This document shows, piece by piece, positions 38,001-52,186 of a DNA stretch of 64,000 nucleotides (position 1 is its first letter; every line of letters starts with the position of its first letter). The notes under the pieces were generated by a model that ran no database searches, had not been told where the DNA came from, and saw only the letters and a list, made by a program, of their open reading frames with translations. Position numbers and translations under genes: made by a program. The DNA is from Podarcis bocagei (taxonomy: Eukaryota). Location of the stretch: NCBI GenBank assembly GCA_964188305.1, contig OZ076893.1, one strand, 5' to 3'.

Positions 38001-41000
38001 ACATTTCAGAATTTCGGAGTTCCAAATCCAGAATAAGAAACTTTCCTCCCATACCCCAGTCAATGGGGAAAAGAGGCACACAAACACATATATATTTAGT
38101 ATGGGTAAAATCATCTTGCAACTTGCAGGAAAAAACAGTGGTTAATAACAGGAAGCTGCATTATACTAAATCAGACCATTGGTCAGCCTAGCTCAGCACT
38201 CAGTGCTGCTGAGAAGGTAGCAGCTTTCCCAGGTTTCAAATGGGGAAAACTCCCAGCCCTATCTGGAGATACTGGAATTTGAACCTGGCACCTTTTGCAT
38301 ACAAAGCAGATGCTCTTCCACTAAGCTATGGCCCTTCCCCTTAATTTTTTTAAAATACTGCTCAGTATTAATTTAATATATGCTGTGACTATTCAGTGGG
38401 AACCTCTGAAGAAAAGTCTCGTTGAGGAAAGTTTTTGTTTGGGATGCTTGGCTTTGGAGTGCTGCTTAAGTCTGTTTCTAAACCAGTACTTCATTGCATT
38501 TCAGTTTTATCCCTCACCTTCCTAGCAAAAATCCCATACACAGCTATCTTAATGTTCACTTTAAGTAATATACATTACTTAAGAACACAGTCCAAATGAA
38601 TAATTACTTAGATGCATTAAGTAATCGCAGGTGCATTTTTAGCCTTTATTTGTGATGTTTAAACTTGCCAAATCCTTCCCTCTTCCAACACTTTTTCCTA
38701 TCTCAAGTGTAACAAGAGAAGACATATGCTCAGATTTTCACTATTCAAGACTATTTTTGCAGAGCCTACAATGGCTTCACTGTATGGGCTGCATTGTCAT
38801 GTAACTGGTGCTGCGAGTCACGGTCAGCTCAAGCTTCCTCATTTGCAATACAACTTGCTAAAGGAAAAACAAAGCTGAACTCACATCTACCACCATAAAA
38901 ATGTTTTAAATTCAGCCATAACTTTATACAGATTAACGGTGAGCTTTTGCAAGTTTACAATACCGTATAATACAGCTCAACATTCTATAATGCACCCAAT
39001 TATCCTTGAAAACAATTTACCTTGAAAACAAATGGCTACACTGTAGCTTTATTTGTCTTCCCATGAGCTTAATTAATTTATTATAAGCAGTGGATTTATG
39101 TAAGCACATTAGTAATTTAAGTCCTTGTCATGTGATTCAACCTAAGGGGTTAAATCTCACTTCTCTTCTGTTGCAGCACACCACCACTCAACCTGTTTTA
39201 TCCCCAACAAGCATTTCAGGTTCCGAAATATCCTCAAACAATTTGCAACATATCCACTGCTGAAGTCATAGGATAGTGAATATTTTTCTTTCATTCATGC
39301 TGGAGTTTCAAATCCAGAATAAGAAACTCGGACCTCTCATGTTATTCAGTTTTACTGTAGTGCAGGGGTCGGCAACGTGTGGCCCATGGGCCGGATGCGG
39401 CCCACAAAGACCATTTTACTGACCCACAAGCCACCCTTGAACCAAGCCGCCGACTCGGCAAGTCCCCTGCGCGCTGTGCTAAACCAGCACAGCGCGGTGT
39501 GGGGACTCGCCAAGGGGTGCCAGAAATTGCATCTGCGCAGGTATCGGAAATCACATCTGTGCATGTCCAGACACCAAAACTGCTTCTGCACAGGCACAAT
39601 TTTTGGTGTCTGGGCATGCGCAGAAGCAATTTCCAGCACCGCGGACATGCGCAGACGCAATTTCCGGCATTGCACTGTGCCAGTCCTGCCCACAAGCAAT
39701 CTCCGTGGGAGTGATCCAGCCCATGGCCAGTAAACCTTGCCGCCCCCTGCTGTAGTACATCACAAAAAAACTCAGTGACAAGCCAGCATAAGGATGGTAA
39801 AGAGTACTGTACTAAAAGAACCCATCCTGCTGGTTTCGGACATAAGCAACAACAGGCACATGGAAAGTCAAAGGAGGATTCCTCTAGCAACATATTAAGG
39901 ACCAGCACAACATGGAACATATTTGCTGGTCCCAGGTACTTCATCCTCATCTGTATTTGGGCTGGAAAGACTTAAGGAAAAGTGGGGGTACGTGGAGCTA
40001 AGTTGAAAGTATGCACAATTTGTGGCATTGCACAGCATCTTTACCCATAATGAGTCATGTCTGCATTAGTTTTTAAACTGCTGGCTTTGTGGAACTTGAA
40101 CCATCTTAGGAAGAACCTTAATTCTGGTCTAAAGCAGACAGGATTTTTGACAACTGAATTCTAGCTGAAGTGAGAACAAAGCTATCCTGCAGATTATAAA
40201 CACAGTCTAACCCAATGTCAATTCTGTCCCCATTTCCTCTGGTAATAACACTACAGGACCTAACATTAGCCACATCAAGGATCCATTCACCTGTTCATCT
40301 TCCAATTTAGTATATGTTGCCACCTACTTGCCAGCAATGCCTTCTGCATTCTACACAAGACAAGCAGGTCTATATGAATGCAGATCTAACAGAAATAATG
40401 ACATTTAAAAAATAATAATCAGTGGGAGAACACTTCAGAGTACTCTACCGCTGATCTGAAAGTTAGTCCCCCCCCCCACCAGAACGAAGCAACATTAAAT
40501 AGAAAATTCCATCATGAAACTTCTGAATCAATCTTCAATATATTCTACCTGGGCTTAAATACAGACAAGGGTTTCCTATTCCCCAACATGTTAACAGAGC
40601 TAATGTAGGTTGATTGTGATCTCCAATTACAAAGTACACAATGTGGGGATTACATTCTGGCATGAACCCATTGGGTTCAATGGTGGATGGGATTGCCAAA
40701 GTCGGTATTCCCAGAACCTGCCCCCTTCCCACCCCTTTTTATTTCAACCAAGTAAGTAACTTGCCAAGTTAAATGTGCATAAGTTGTGGGCCTACAGTTC
40801 TGCCATTGTGAATAGTGACTGTGCTGATCTTGCATACATTTAAGCTTTAATTCAGTTGTCTTTTGAGTTTTCTTTTTTGCATTTCATTGGCTTTTGACCC
40901 CAGTGCTTACAATTCTACCACCTCCCCTCCCCCACATATACATATACCTGCCAACCTTCATGCATTTGAGGAAGTTGACTCATCTATGAAAGCTTACACT

Positions 41001-44000
41001 ATAACCTTAAGGAGCCACAATATTGTTGTTTTTGCTTCCCCCTGGAAGCAGACTGCACATTCCACCCAATATTTCTTCCACTTCTAATCTTTCTTTCTTT
41101 TTATCAACTTGACCAGTGTTCTAGAGTTCTATTATCAATGTCTCTCTGCTAAAACTGCATTTGTTATTTGTGAGAACACTTCAGAAGTTTTCTCAGGCTA
41201 TGAACTTAAGTGACATTGCATTAAATATTTGAAGTTCTTAAGTGTCCAAACCAGTAGGGAATATTGCTCAGCAATCAGAACTCAAGGTTGCAAAGGACAG
41301 AAAAGATCCCATCCAAATGATGTTCTTATGTCGTTCTTCTATAGATACTTGCCATTGTTTTGATTCACAGAGAGTATGTCATATAGAAATACTTACCCCT
41401 TCTTGCTTAGTGAAGAGTTTGAGACAATTGCTCAGCGCTTCACAAGTTTCTCTTGATGTTTCAGAAACACCTTCAGCTTTCTTGAGAAATGAAGTAGGCA
41501 TTCCTTTAGAAGAAGGGCAGGTAATATGTGTGTTACTGTTTTATTCCACCCCACCTTTTGTTGTTGTATTAGCTCGTGTAACCAACAAAGTTTATTATTA
41601 AAACAGTCTCACAGAAGCATGACCCGGAACTTTCATCCATCAGCCATTCTTATATAGGATACACTTGATATCTTTGACTTGAGAAAAAAGAATGTCTAAT
41701 TAAAGAACATTTAATTACTTTCTGCTGTAATAAAACCCACAGGTCTTAGCTAGGAGGAAGTACAATTTACTATTAAATTTATGATCACAAGACAGGAGGA
41801 CAAACCAAGACAGTGCTTTTGATGGGCCACAGTACGACTGCTATTGGACAAGCTCGTGGGAATATCTGAACAGTAACATTTCCTTCATAGCAATTGGATG
41901 GCACATTACCACATAACCCCAAATTTGTGTTTCTGAGTCAGCTACAACAACTTCTAAAATCTTGTATCCTCCTGTTCTTCATTTACAAATGTTGCACAAA
42001 ATTTTGACAGTCTGAGAGCAATAGAAGTTAGAAACATCTGAACACTATAGGCCTGTATAAGAATTTTGTAAGATGAAGTGCTATTCTAACAGCATTGCAG
42101 AAAGTTCAGGTGTTTTGGCAAGAGAACTCCAGAATGATAAGGTTGAGAAGGCTGCTGTCCCCAGTGAATTCTTCATTTCTAAAAATGCATTAGATACTGC
42201 CTTGACGAAGAAGGTTTTGCAGCTTAAATGCACACCATTTTATGAAACATGAGTACTAAAATACTTGTCAGGTTTACTTTCTTAAAATAAATGCTCGAAT
42301 TTCACACAGTAGAGGCAACTCCCCGTTTGCGAGGGGGTTGCATTCCAGCTCATTGTGCTCATCGGCAAAGTGCAAGTAAGTCTGATCCCTTCTGCCCAGG
42401 CCCCTTTCGGGGCCAAAAATGGCTTGAACACCAGTGGTCATACACCAATCAAACACACGCAAAATGGTCGCTGCTTGTATCTAAACCAACCTGCCCCCTC
42501 TCTGTGCATATTGAGGGACACACAGAAAGTGGAAGTTAACCTTTTGAAAAATAGATATTAAACTGTATCAAAATGTGTGAGTTAAATTACTTGCAAACAT
42601 CCGGACACAAAAGAGCAAAAATTATGCTGAGTATGAGATCAGCTAACTTTGCATCCATTACTAAGGCCTGATTGAAACATCTGGTCAGACAGAACATATT
42701 TACTGAGAAACTAGTTAAGGCTGATCTTGCGGATCAGCTTGGAAAGTGTTTCAAAGCAACAAGAGAGTTCCTTATTATGAACGAAAACAAGTCACCTTGA
42801 GAAGTGTCACATGACCTAATTATGGTGAGGAATCCAGAAATCTCTTTATCAAGTCTTTGTTGCCATGACTGTGCAACCTGTGGAGAGGAAACAGATATTT
42901 ACACTTTCAGAATAACGAATCTTAAAGAGTTTCTTTCCAGTTAAACATGACCTACATCATTATAAAACTTTGTGGCAAACTAGGTGACATATGAGAGATG
43001 CCACCACAGATCTCTAATCTAAAGGTACCTTTTTAAGAAAAGGAGAAAGAGAAGCAGAAAAGACAGCAGCCATGGAGGAACCATGACTTTTCCCTAAGGA
43101 GACAAATATCAGCTTTGGCGGGGATTTACACTGAGGAAATGTCAAGTGTCCCCTCACCGTTCCACAGTGCTAATTCAGGTGTACCTTCATTGCAGTTGCT
43201 TGTTTCAAAAACAAAGGGACGGAGATCTGATTACAGATTTCCAATTCTCATCTACTTCGGCCCTCTATTTCAAAAAGAGAGCAGCTGCTCATATTATTTA
43301 CATGTGAATTTTTACCAAAAAAGTTATCTACAAGTGTTAATCCAGCATTCTTTTTATGTATGGTTTTATTTCTAAAGTGTCACAATATAAAGGACATCCA
43401 AGAACCATAGCAGCTCATAAAAAGGGGGGGGGAAGGCTACCCATGAATTTCAGAAGCAATTCTCCTAACTTTCTTTGCTATTTACGAGTTTTACCTTGGC
43501 CCTAAAGAGATAAAATAGGTGAAAGGACTTCTTAATGGGCAAACACAGTGGCATAAGCAATTTACTCAAACGTAATAGCATATGCAGTTTACTATAATTC
43601 AGAGGCTTGCACACCCTTCTGGATATATTGTTACATGCCACCTCAATCTCTGCAGCAGAGTAGATTCCATGGGTCCAGGCACAGCAGAGATTGTGGTGTC
43701 TTTATAATATATGGTTTATTTACCATCTTGGTTAAGTTAACAACTCATACTTAGTGGCCATTATCAGGCTGGCCTGGCAATTGAATCCCTGCTGGATCCA
43801 GGGATTCAGGAGGCTTGATGAAATTCTAACACCTATCAGATATTTAGGGGAATCTGGCACTGAGGGATTCAGGGGAATCAAGGCGCCCACATAACATTAT
43901 TATAGGTTGATCCAAGGAAGTATTATACCTATTTGTTTATCTCAAGTTAGGGGAAGGAACCATGGCCTTCCAAGTGTGGCTGGACTACAATTCTCACCAT

Positions 44001-47000
44001 CTTTGACCATCTGCCATGCTGGCTGAGTCTGGTGGGAGTGGGAATCCAACAACATACTGTAAAGTACAGCTTTCCCACCAGTATGTATTTTGTCCTTTGC
44101 ACAGTTAGCTTCAGTTAGGCTGCAATCCAGATATATGTCCCATTCATCTCAGACCTAATTTTAAGTAGACATACATAGGCTCACCCTGTTAATAAGCCAA
44201 TAAATGAATCCTGAGTTTGCCACATTGCTCACCCACACTCAGTGTTTAATAATGGCTATTGCTGATTCTGAGCTATAGTTTATTCTATTGGAAGCGCCAT
44301 CATACTGGGACAGAACAAGAACAAACACGACATCAATTTCCGAACTAAAGCCCTCTATGGCTGAAGGTACGTCCTCTAGTTTCCAGAAGTACAATTGTTT
44401 TCAAGGTGACACAGCTGATGCTCAAATTTCACAGCATAAATTTTTAAGGCACTGATAAAGCAAGTTAGACTAAGCAGAATTATTCACTAGTTGCCCTGAA
44501 ATGAGCAATGCGCTGTAAGGTTTCTCCAGAAACTATCTGCAACAGTACAGCATGTACTGGCCCTATTTGGAGTTCTGCACATGCTGTAGTTATGTTCTCA
44601 GGTATGCCACTTGGAAGATCTGTACAGTATAAAGAAAGGAAATTGGGATGAAGCATGGATAGTAGAGGATGATTACAGGAAATAAAGTAGCTTAAAATTA
44701 ATCTAAGATACTAGAACAGGAGAATGCAGTAAAACAAGCCAAGACATGAACATGTTTTGCATAAAGAGAGGCAAAAGCTGTAAGAAGCCAAAGAGGTATT
44801 AGTTTGGCATGTGTAGTAGTTAACAGCCAGAAACATTGAACCATTGCACCACTGGGGACTCATTTCATTCATTTTTCCCCTCCAGGGTTTTTGTTGGTGC
44901 TACTAAACCAAGACCTTCCATTCAGTTTCAAGCAAAGTTTTGCCAGTATTTAGGGATGACCAAACTCATGAAGTTTATTAAGACGTTTTAAAATACTGGA
45001 GAAATTTAATCTAATTACAACCCCAATTGGCCACCCAATTTTCAAAAATCGTCAATTGCTTTTCCAAATTAGTACTATTAGTATATGGGACATGGGTGGC
45101 GCTGTGGTCTAAACCACAGAGCCTAGGGCTTGCTGCTCAAAAGGTCAGCGGTTCGAATCCCCACAATGGGACGAGCTCCCATTGCTTGCTTGGTCCCAGC
45201 TCCTGCGAACCTAGCAGTTCGAAAGCACACCAATATGCAAGTAGATACAGTAAATAGGTACCACTCTGGCAGGAAGGTAAACGGCGTTTCCGTGCGCTGA
45301 TCTGGTCCGCCAGAAGCGGCTTAGTCATGCTGGCACATGACCTGGAAGCTGTACGCCAGCTCCCTCGGCCAGTAAAGCGAGATGAGCACTGCAACCCTAA
45401 AGTCATCTGCGAATGGACCTAATGGTCAGGGGTCCCTTTACCTTTACCTTTACTATTAGTATACCACCTTTCATCTGTAGATCTCAGGACAGTTCACAAC
45501 ATAAAATTAGAATATATAAACCACAAAATATATAGTAATAATAATAACAACAAACCAATAATCCCCCTTCCCACAGGAAGTGTATATTTTTATGCAAGAT
45601 AAGAGTTCAGATATACATAATCAAATTATTCTTAGGATAAAAAAATTACTAGCACTGCAACTGTGCATTTTGTTAGACTTACTTATTTACCTTATTACTA
45701 TAATGAAAATCAATTACTGAACTTTTTTTCTTATGCTAGAACTGTTTCCTATAATCAGAGGTTTTCAAATAATCTTTAAATACTGTTGTTGTTGTTTTAA
45801 AAAAATACCTACGCAGGTCTTCAGAAATATTTAAACAAAACAGATGAGCTCCCTCTTCTGGCTTGAAGTAGTAAAACCCTCTCCCCGCTCCCCCCCCCAC
45901 CTCCAGTAAATGAGAAGGTGTTACTCTGGACAGCATCCTGTTTTGAGTGTTACGTTGCTTTAGAAGTGAATTACATCCAGTTAATGACTTAAATGAATGT
46001 AACTTAAAGTGACTGTTTTTTCTTGTTTGGTATCCGAGGAAAAGTTAATTACTTTCTTATTAGACAACTTAAAGGCAGGCAGGAAAGTGTTCAGAAGAAC
46101 TATATCTACCCAATAGCTAGTTTTAAAAAAACCACAGTAGAAGAAGCTAATATATTCTACACACTATTTTAAGTAACACCATGAAGACCTTCAGACCTGG
46201 GACATACATGTATATACAGTGGTGCCCCGCAAGACGAATGCCTCGCAAGACGAAAAACTCGCTAGACGAAAGGGTTTTTCGCTTTTGCGTTGCTTCGCTA
46301 GACGAATTTCCCTATGGGCTTGCTTCGCAAGACGAAAACGTCTTGCGCTTTTTTAAAAAAGCTGCTTGAAGAGGCGCAGTTGCGACGGACTGTGCTTCAA
46401 AAGACGAAAAACATCGCAAGACGAAAAGACTCGCGGAACGAATTCTTTTCGTCTTGCGAGACACCACTGTATATATGTATATGTGAAGCTGTTTTAAAGA
46501 AGAGGGAGGAGAAGTTCCAATATGCAGCCAGAAATCCTTGAACTAACAGAACTACTTTGTTGGATATACAGTACTAACAGATGTGAATTGTAAAGTGAAG
46601 CACCTTAGGAGTCGGATGCAGGATTAGCTGTTTTACTGCTGTTTTACAAGTATTTGTTTGCCATGTAGTGTCTGTTTGTATATTTCTAACAAAGTATTAC
46701 CAATATACCACAAGTCTCTGGTGCCGCCCCCAAATCCAAAGGAATTTAAAATGTGTAGCATTATCTGTAAATGTCTCACTTCTTCAGGAAGTGGTTTTTA
46801 ACTTAACAGTTATCATGAACTGCATGCTCTTTTATACAACTCATGCCAAGACTATTTAGCTGAATGCTGGGCTACAATAGGAATAATGTTAATAAATGAA
46901 AAATGAGGAAACAGTAGCAGCACTTGTAGCAGAAATCAAAAGAAGCCCTATATCAACAAGGTCTGCATCTCTCTGAGCTTGATAGCAGTGACGGGAGTGG

Positions 47001-47181
47001 GAAGCTGAAGAGCTTGTTACAGCAATTCAAAATACTGGAAGTGCATACTCTAGAATCCCCAGATCTGTGCCTCATCCCCAAATCTGGCTGCAAAAGCAAG
47101 GAAATTCAACCCGTTGTTGTTCTCATACAGAACAAAGGGAAATGGCAGCTCAAAATGCAAGAGAGTGGCTTAAAGATAAAG

Positions 47182-47223
<42 letters not shown>

Positions 47224-50200
47224 TAAAGCAAAAGGAAAGCGATTCCTTAACAGACCTTTTAAGTTCTATTATGTACACCTTTAAACCTTAGTTGCACAGA
47301 CCAAGGCACCTCGTGTTGGTGTATTCCAGAGGAAAGGCCTAGGGTAAAAGTTATCCAGAAATTCAGAGAGTCAAGAAGAACTCTACGTAGCATGAGATAC
47401 AGAAGCTTTTTCTTACTTTGAGGGAAGCTTGTAACTCAGCAACTGATATTGTGTCATCCTCCTCTTCTTCATCGCTCAGTTGTTCCTGAGTACAATAGTG
47501 TGTGCTGTATGCTGAATGGTCTTCTATTGCCTGTACCCAGTTCTGCGGAAAAAAAGGAAAGGGAAAAAAGGGGGGAGGTTTGAGCAGAAAGCAGTACTTG
47601 CTAGTTTTTAATTTTTAATAGGGTATAAGTCCACACAAATCACCACGGCTCTTATCTTGAGAGTTTACCAACAGAGGTGACAAAGATGGAGTGGCAAAAG
47701 TTAGATAGCAATAAAGGAAGGAAATGGTATGATAAGACTTTTTTTAAAAAAAAGGACTGATCTTGAGGGGGGGGATCTTTTTTTAAGACCAACAGGCAAG
47801 CATCTTGTAAGGCATTTCTTAATTAAAGCTTATGGGGCACAAATAGTATATGAATTAATATATATAAGAGCATAAACACTTGTTTTATTTGTCCCTGTCA
47901 TTTCTCATAGGCATTTCATGAAAAGTTGGGTTTGACCCTGCATGGAGCACTGTGGACATGGGGTGCCTTTAATGTCAGCCTTCCCTAGTCTGATTAGCTA
48001 AGGAAGTTGCAGCGAAGTTAAAATACTGGGAGGGAAATTTTCAGGCAGAGTGAGAAGAAGGCAGTTTAGTTATTGCCTTGCTTTCCCTGTGAAGCACAAG
48101 GAGTAGACAAAGCAACAACGACACAGCACCATTCATCATAGCAATAAGATAATTTAGTGTGGCATTACAAAAACTCAATAAATTCAGCCCGAAAAGATTC
48201 CTATCCAACGACATTTAGGCAAGCAGTGGTTTTGTTCTTGGCTAGAATCCGCAAGTTACCAAGTATCGGTTAAAGAAATACTTACCTCTCTTGACTGTTG
48301 ATTGGTCTTGGGAACTTTAAAACTGTGAACCGTATTATCAAAGCATTTGATTGAGAAGAGGTTGCCGTCTGTACTTTTTACCTTCAATTGGAAGCAGAGA
48401 CAGCAGGTCAGAAACAGAAGGTCAGCAAACTGCACAGTGCTTCCTATACAAGTTCCATCTGCAAAAGTGACTAAGTTATTGAAAAATTTACAGGTCAAAT
48501 CCAGCATCCCTAGTTTGTCTGGACCTTGTTCACTTAAAGCTCTCTAACTGGAAAAAAATGAATAGCAAACTATCAAGCAAAATGAGTTTTGTCAGAGATA
48601 ATTCAGTTGGTGCATTTGTGTCTCGTTAAATCCATGCCCACTTCATTCTTTCAGAGAAAATTTGGTGCAAAAAAACCCAACAACATCATTCTGAGAATCT
48701 GATTTTTTTTAAAAAAAATATCAGATTACTATTATTATGTCTTTACTTCTAACCCACATTTTTCCCTGACAGGGGCTCAAGGTGGCTTACAAATAAAAGA
48801 AGAACAGCTAAAAACAGAGAAATAATAAAAAAACCAACCCCCAATCATTAAGGAAACAGTTAAACATCAATAGAAGATACATTAAAAACATATAGATGAT
48901 TACAATGAAAACAGCACAGCCCTTTCATTAAAAGCAGTCAGTTCCCTGTTGAAAACCCTGTTGAAAGTTTTTATTAATCATGACTGTTAAGGATAGGTTT
49001 GAACATGTTATGGGCAAATGTCAGGGTTCGTGGAGTCAAGGTGAGGTCCAGCAGTACTTCCAGTAACCAAAGGGTTACTGGAATTCTATGTTCTCTGTTG
49101 TTCTTTCCCCCACCCTGTAACTAACAAAAGAAGAATGCAAAACAGCATATATGCCAACTTGCTTAGTTTTGCATACTGTACAAATCACAGAGCAGAGTCC
49201 TCATTTTCCTGCAGCGTTTGCAACCCCTTTGTTGTAATTCTGCTTTTTAATCACAGCCTTGGCATTGTGTGACTGTATTCAAAAATATATTTGGCTATGA
49301 ATTCTGAGTCCCACTTGGAGGTCATCGTTCTTTACCCCTACTCACAATAAGTTTAAGCTGATGTGTGAATTTTACACAGTAATTTATTTTTAATAATAAT
49401 AATAATTTATTATTTGTACCCCGCCCATCTGGCTGGGTTTCCCCAGCCACTCTGGGCGGCTTCCAACAAAGATGAAAAATACACTAATATGTCACATATT
49501 AAAAACTTCCCTGAACAGGGCTGCCTTCAGATGTCTTCTGAATGTCAGGTAGTTGTTTATCGCTTTGACATCTGATGGGAGGGCGTTCCACAGGGCGGGC
49601 GCCACTACCGAGAAGGCCCTCTGCCTGGTTCCCTGTAACTTGGCCTCTCGCAGTGAGGGAACCGCCAGAAGGCCCTCGGAGCTGGACCTCAGTGTCCGGG
49701 CAGAACGATGGGGGTGGAGACGCTCCTTCAGATATACTGGACCGAGGCCGTTTTATAAGTTTATTACTGTGGATAGGGCATGTTGCAAAACTATAAGTTG
49801 TACTGCTTGTTCCCTGACTGTTAGCCTTTTTAGAAGCTAGGTTGATTTAAAAAATGATACCCTAAAAAAAGGAATGCCCTGGAACACAATGCCCCAACAT
49901 GTAGAATTCTAGTAGATTTTTCTAAGGAATGGGAGGAATTATCATGTGCCGTAAGTAGAGGATACATAATTCTCCTCAGCTGTTTAAAATATCTATGCCT
50001 CAACACTCCTTATAAAGTGGTTCACAAATAAGAATTTCGTGCCTGGCGTGCTCTGGTTCATGGGGTCACAAAGGGTCGGACACGACTAAACGACTAAACA
50101 ACAACAATAACAAATAAGAACCAGATAATACCATAACGGCTCCATGATCACTGCAGATGGCGACAGCAGCCACAAAATTAAAAGACGCCTGCTTCTTGGG

Positions 50201-52151
50201 AGAAAAGCAATAACAAACCTAGACAGCATCTTAAAAAGTAGAGATATCACCTTGCCAACAAAGGTCCGTATAGTTAAAGCTATGGTTTTCCCAGTAGTGA
50301 TGTATGGAAGTGAAAGCTGGACCATAAAGAAGGCTGATCACCGAAGAATTCATGCTTTTGGATTATGGTGCTGGAGGAGACTCTTGAGAGTCCCACGGAC
50401 TGCAAGAAGATCAAACCTATCCATTCTTAAGGAAATCAGCCCTGAGTGCTCACTGGAAGGACAGATCCTGAAGCTGAGGCTCCAATACTTTGGCCACCTC
50501 ATGAGAAGAGAAGACTCCCTGGAAAAGACCCTGGTGTTGGGAAAAATGGAGGGCACAAGGAGGAGGGGACGACAGAGGACAAGATGGTTGGACAGTGTTC
50601 TCAAAGCTACCAGCAAGAGTTTGACCAAACTGTGGGAGGCAGTGGAAGACAGAAGTGCCTGGCGTGCTCTGGTCCATGGGGTCACGAAGAGTCGGACACA
50701 ACTAAACAACAACAATACCATAACACCAAAAATAAAAACAGAACAAACTTGGCTAAAAATGTTTGCTCTGTTGCTTGGGTATCTGAACCTGGATATTCCA
50801 TACCTAAGCCTAACACACTAGCCCATTCTGTCCACAATCATAACAGATATTTCTGAGTTCCCCAGTTTGCTTACTGTGCAAATGGCTTGTGTTAAGTGCT
50901 TGCATCCTTGGCGGCGATTACTGTTCCCAATATCAGCCCTTCAAAAGAAGGCAGAACAAATAATTAATCATCATCATCAGTATTACAGCCACCAAAAGGC
51001 TTCTGGAGTGATGCAGAATTTCTTTATAGTAGAATGTGATTGGGTGGTATTTGACTGAGTCGTACTTGGAATAAACCCACTGAACTCAGTGGACTTAGAC
51101 TAATAATAAAATACTACCCATTATATTTACACATGAAGAGTGTTCAGAGAGCTGAAAACAAATGCAAAGGTAGTCTTCCTTGTAATACAAGTCAATCCAT
51201 CATAATATAAATAAAAACCACATTCTTCAAATATATGGAATGATAAAATTATAATCTTAAGAAATAAATTTCAGCTTATATATAGGTAAAGAAAGTTCAA
51301 CTTTTCAACCATTTCAAAATCATGTTTCAAAAGCAGATGGTATCAATTTTATACATTCAAAAGGCTTTAGAGAGATGCTCAATTTCACACTTACTGTTTT
51401 TGGTACCAGGAGAGGACTCCATGTTCCAGTACTACCCAATATGGCTTCCACCCAAAAAATCTTGAACTCTTAAAAACAAAACAAAAATGGAGTCTATCAC
51501 CTCAGCAATAGCTGATTTGCCATGTGTTGCTGCATGACAAGCAATAATAAGAATTACTAAGCAGTTTTAATGCTGAACAACACATCCTTAATTGTTTTAA
51601 TTATCTCAGGAGGCCAGAAGATGACTAATCTGCTATTTGTTCTGTGATACTTGACTGATAGTAAACTGAAGTAATGCTTACTTGAAAACTCCAGCTGGAG
51701 CCTGGGAAGGATGAACATTTTCACCTGAGAGGTATAAAAGGCTCCAAGTACAGTTACTACTAGGCTACCCCGTGGACGTTTAGTTAAAGTGAGGATGGGA
51801 CAATAGCCTTCTTTTCAAGTATATCCCCAAAGCCTGTGACTTCTGGGCCAAGCATCTAGCTCCACCCTTCTGAGCCAAGCATCTAGCTGCACAGGTCATT
51901 ATAATGCAATAAACTGTAATTGGTTCAATTCTTGAAGTAATATTGATCAGATATGAAGAAAAGATTCAAGCAGCCTATATTTCATACATGTCAGGGAAGT
52001 TAAGACATTTTGTCACCCGCTAGCCTTTAAGACAACAATATGGAACAGAAGGGTTATATTAGAAATGGAAGAGCTCAAATGGAAGATATAACCTGGGGCG
52101 GATCTACTCTCATGATTTATAACATTAAGGTTGTTCAATGACAATAAAGGT

Positions 52152-52186
<35 letters not shown>

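Noticed and set aside
39342-39950. 202-aa minus-strand ORF and overlapping ORFs
   Set aside because: They overlap a GC-rich hAT MITE that is open in several frames; no recognisable domain or splice context
43625-43910. Possible solo-LTR remnant
   Set aside because: No clear TG..CA ends with TSD could be fixed by eye
45087-45165. tRNA-like sequence with A and B boxes
   Set aside because: It is the head of a Sauria SINE with body, tail and TSD, not a tRNA gene
46217-46469. Regularly spaced short repeats superficially like a CRISPR array
   Set aside because: Eukaryotic context, TIR and TA flanks, both orientations, no uniform spacers and no cas genes
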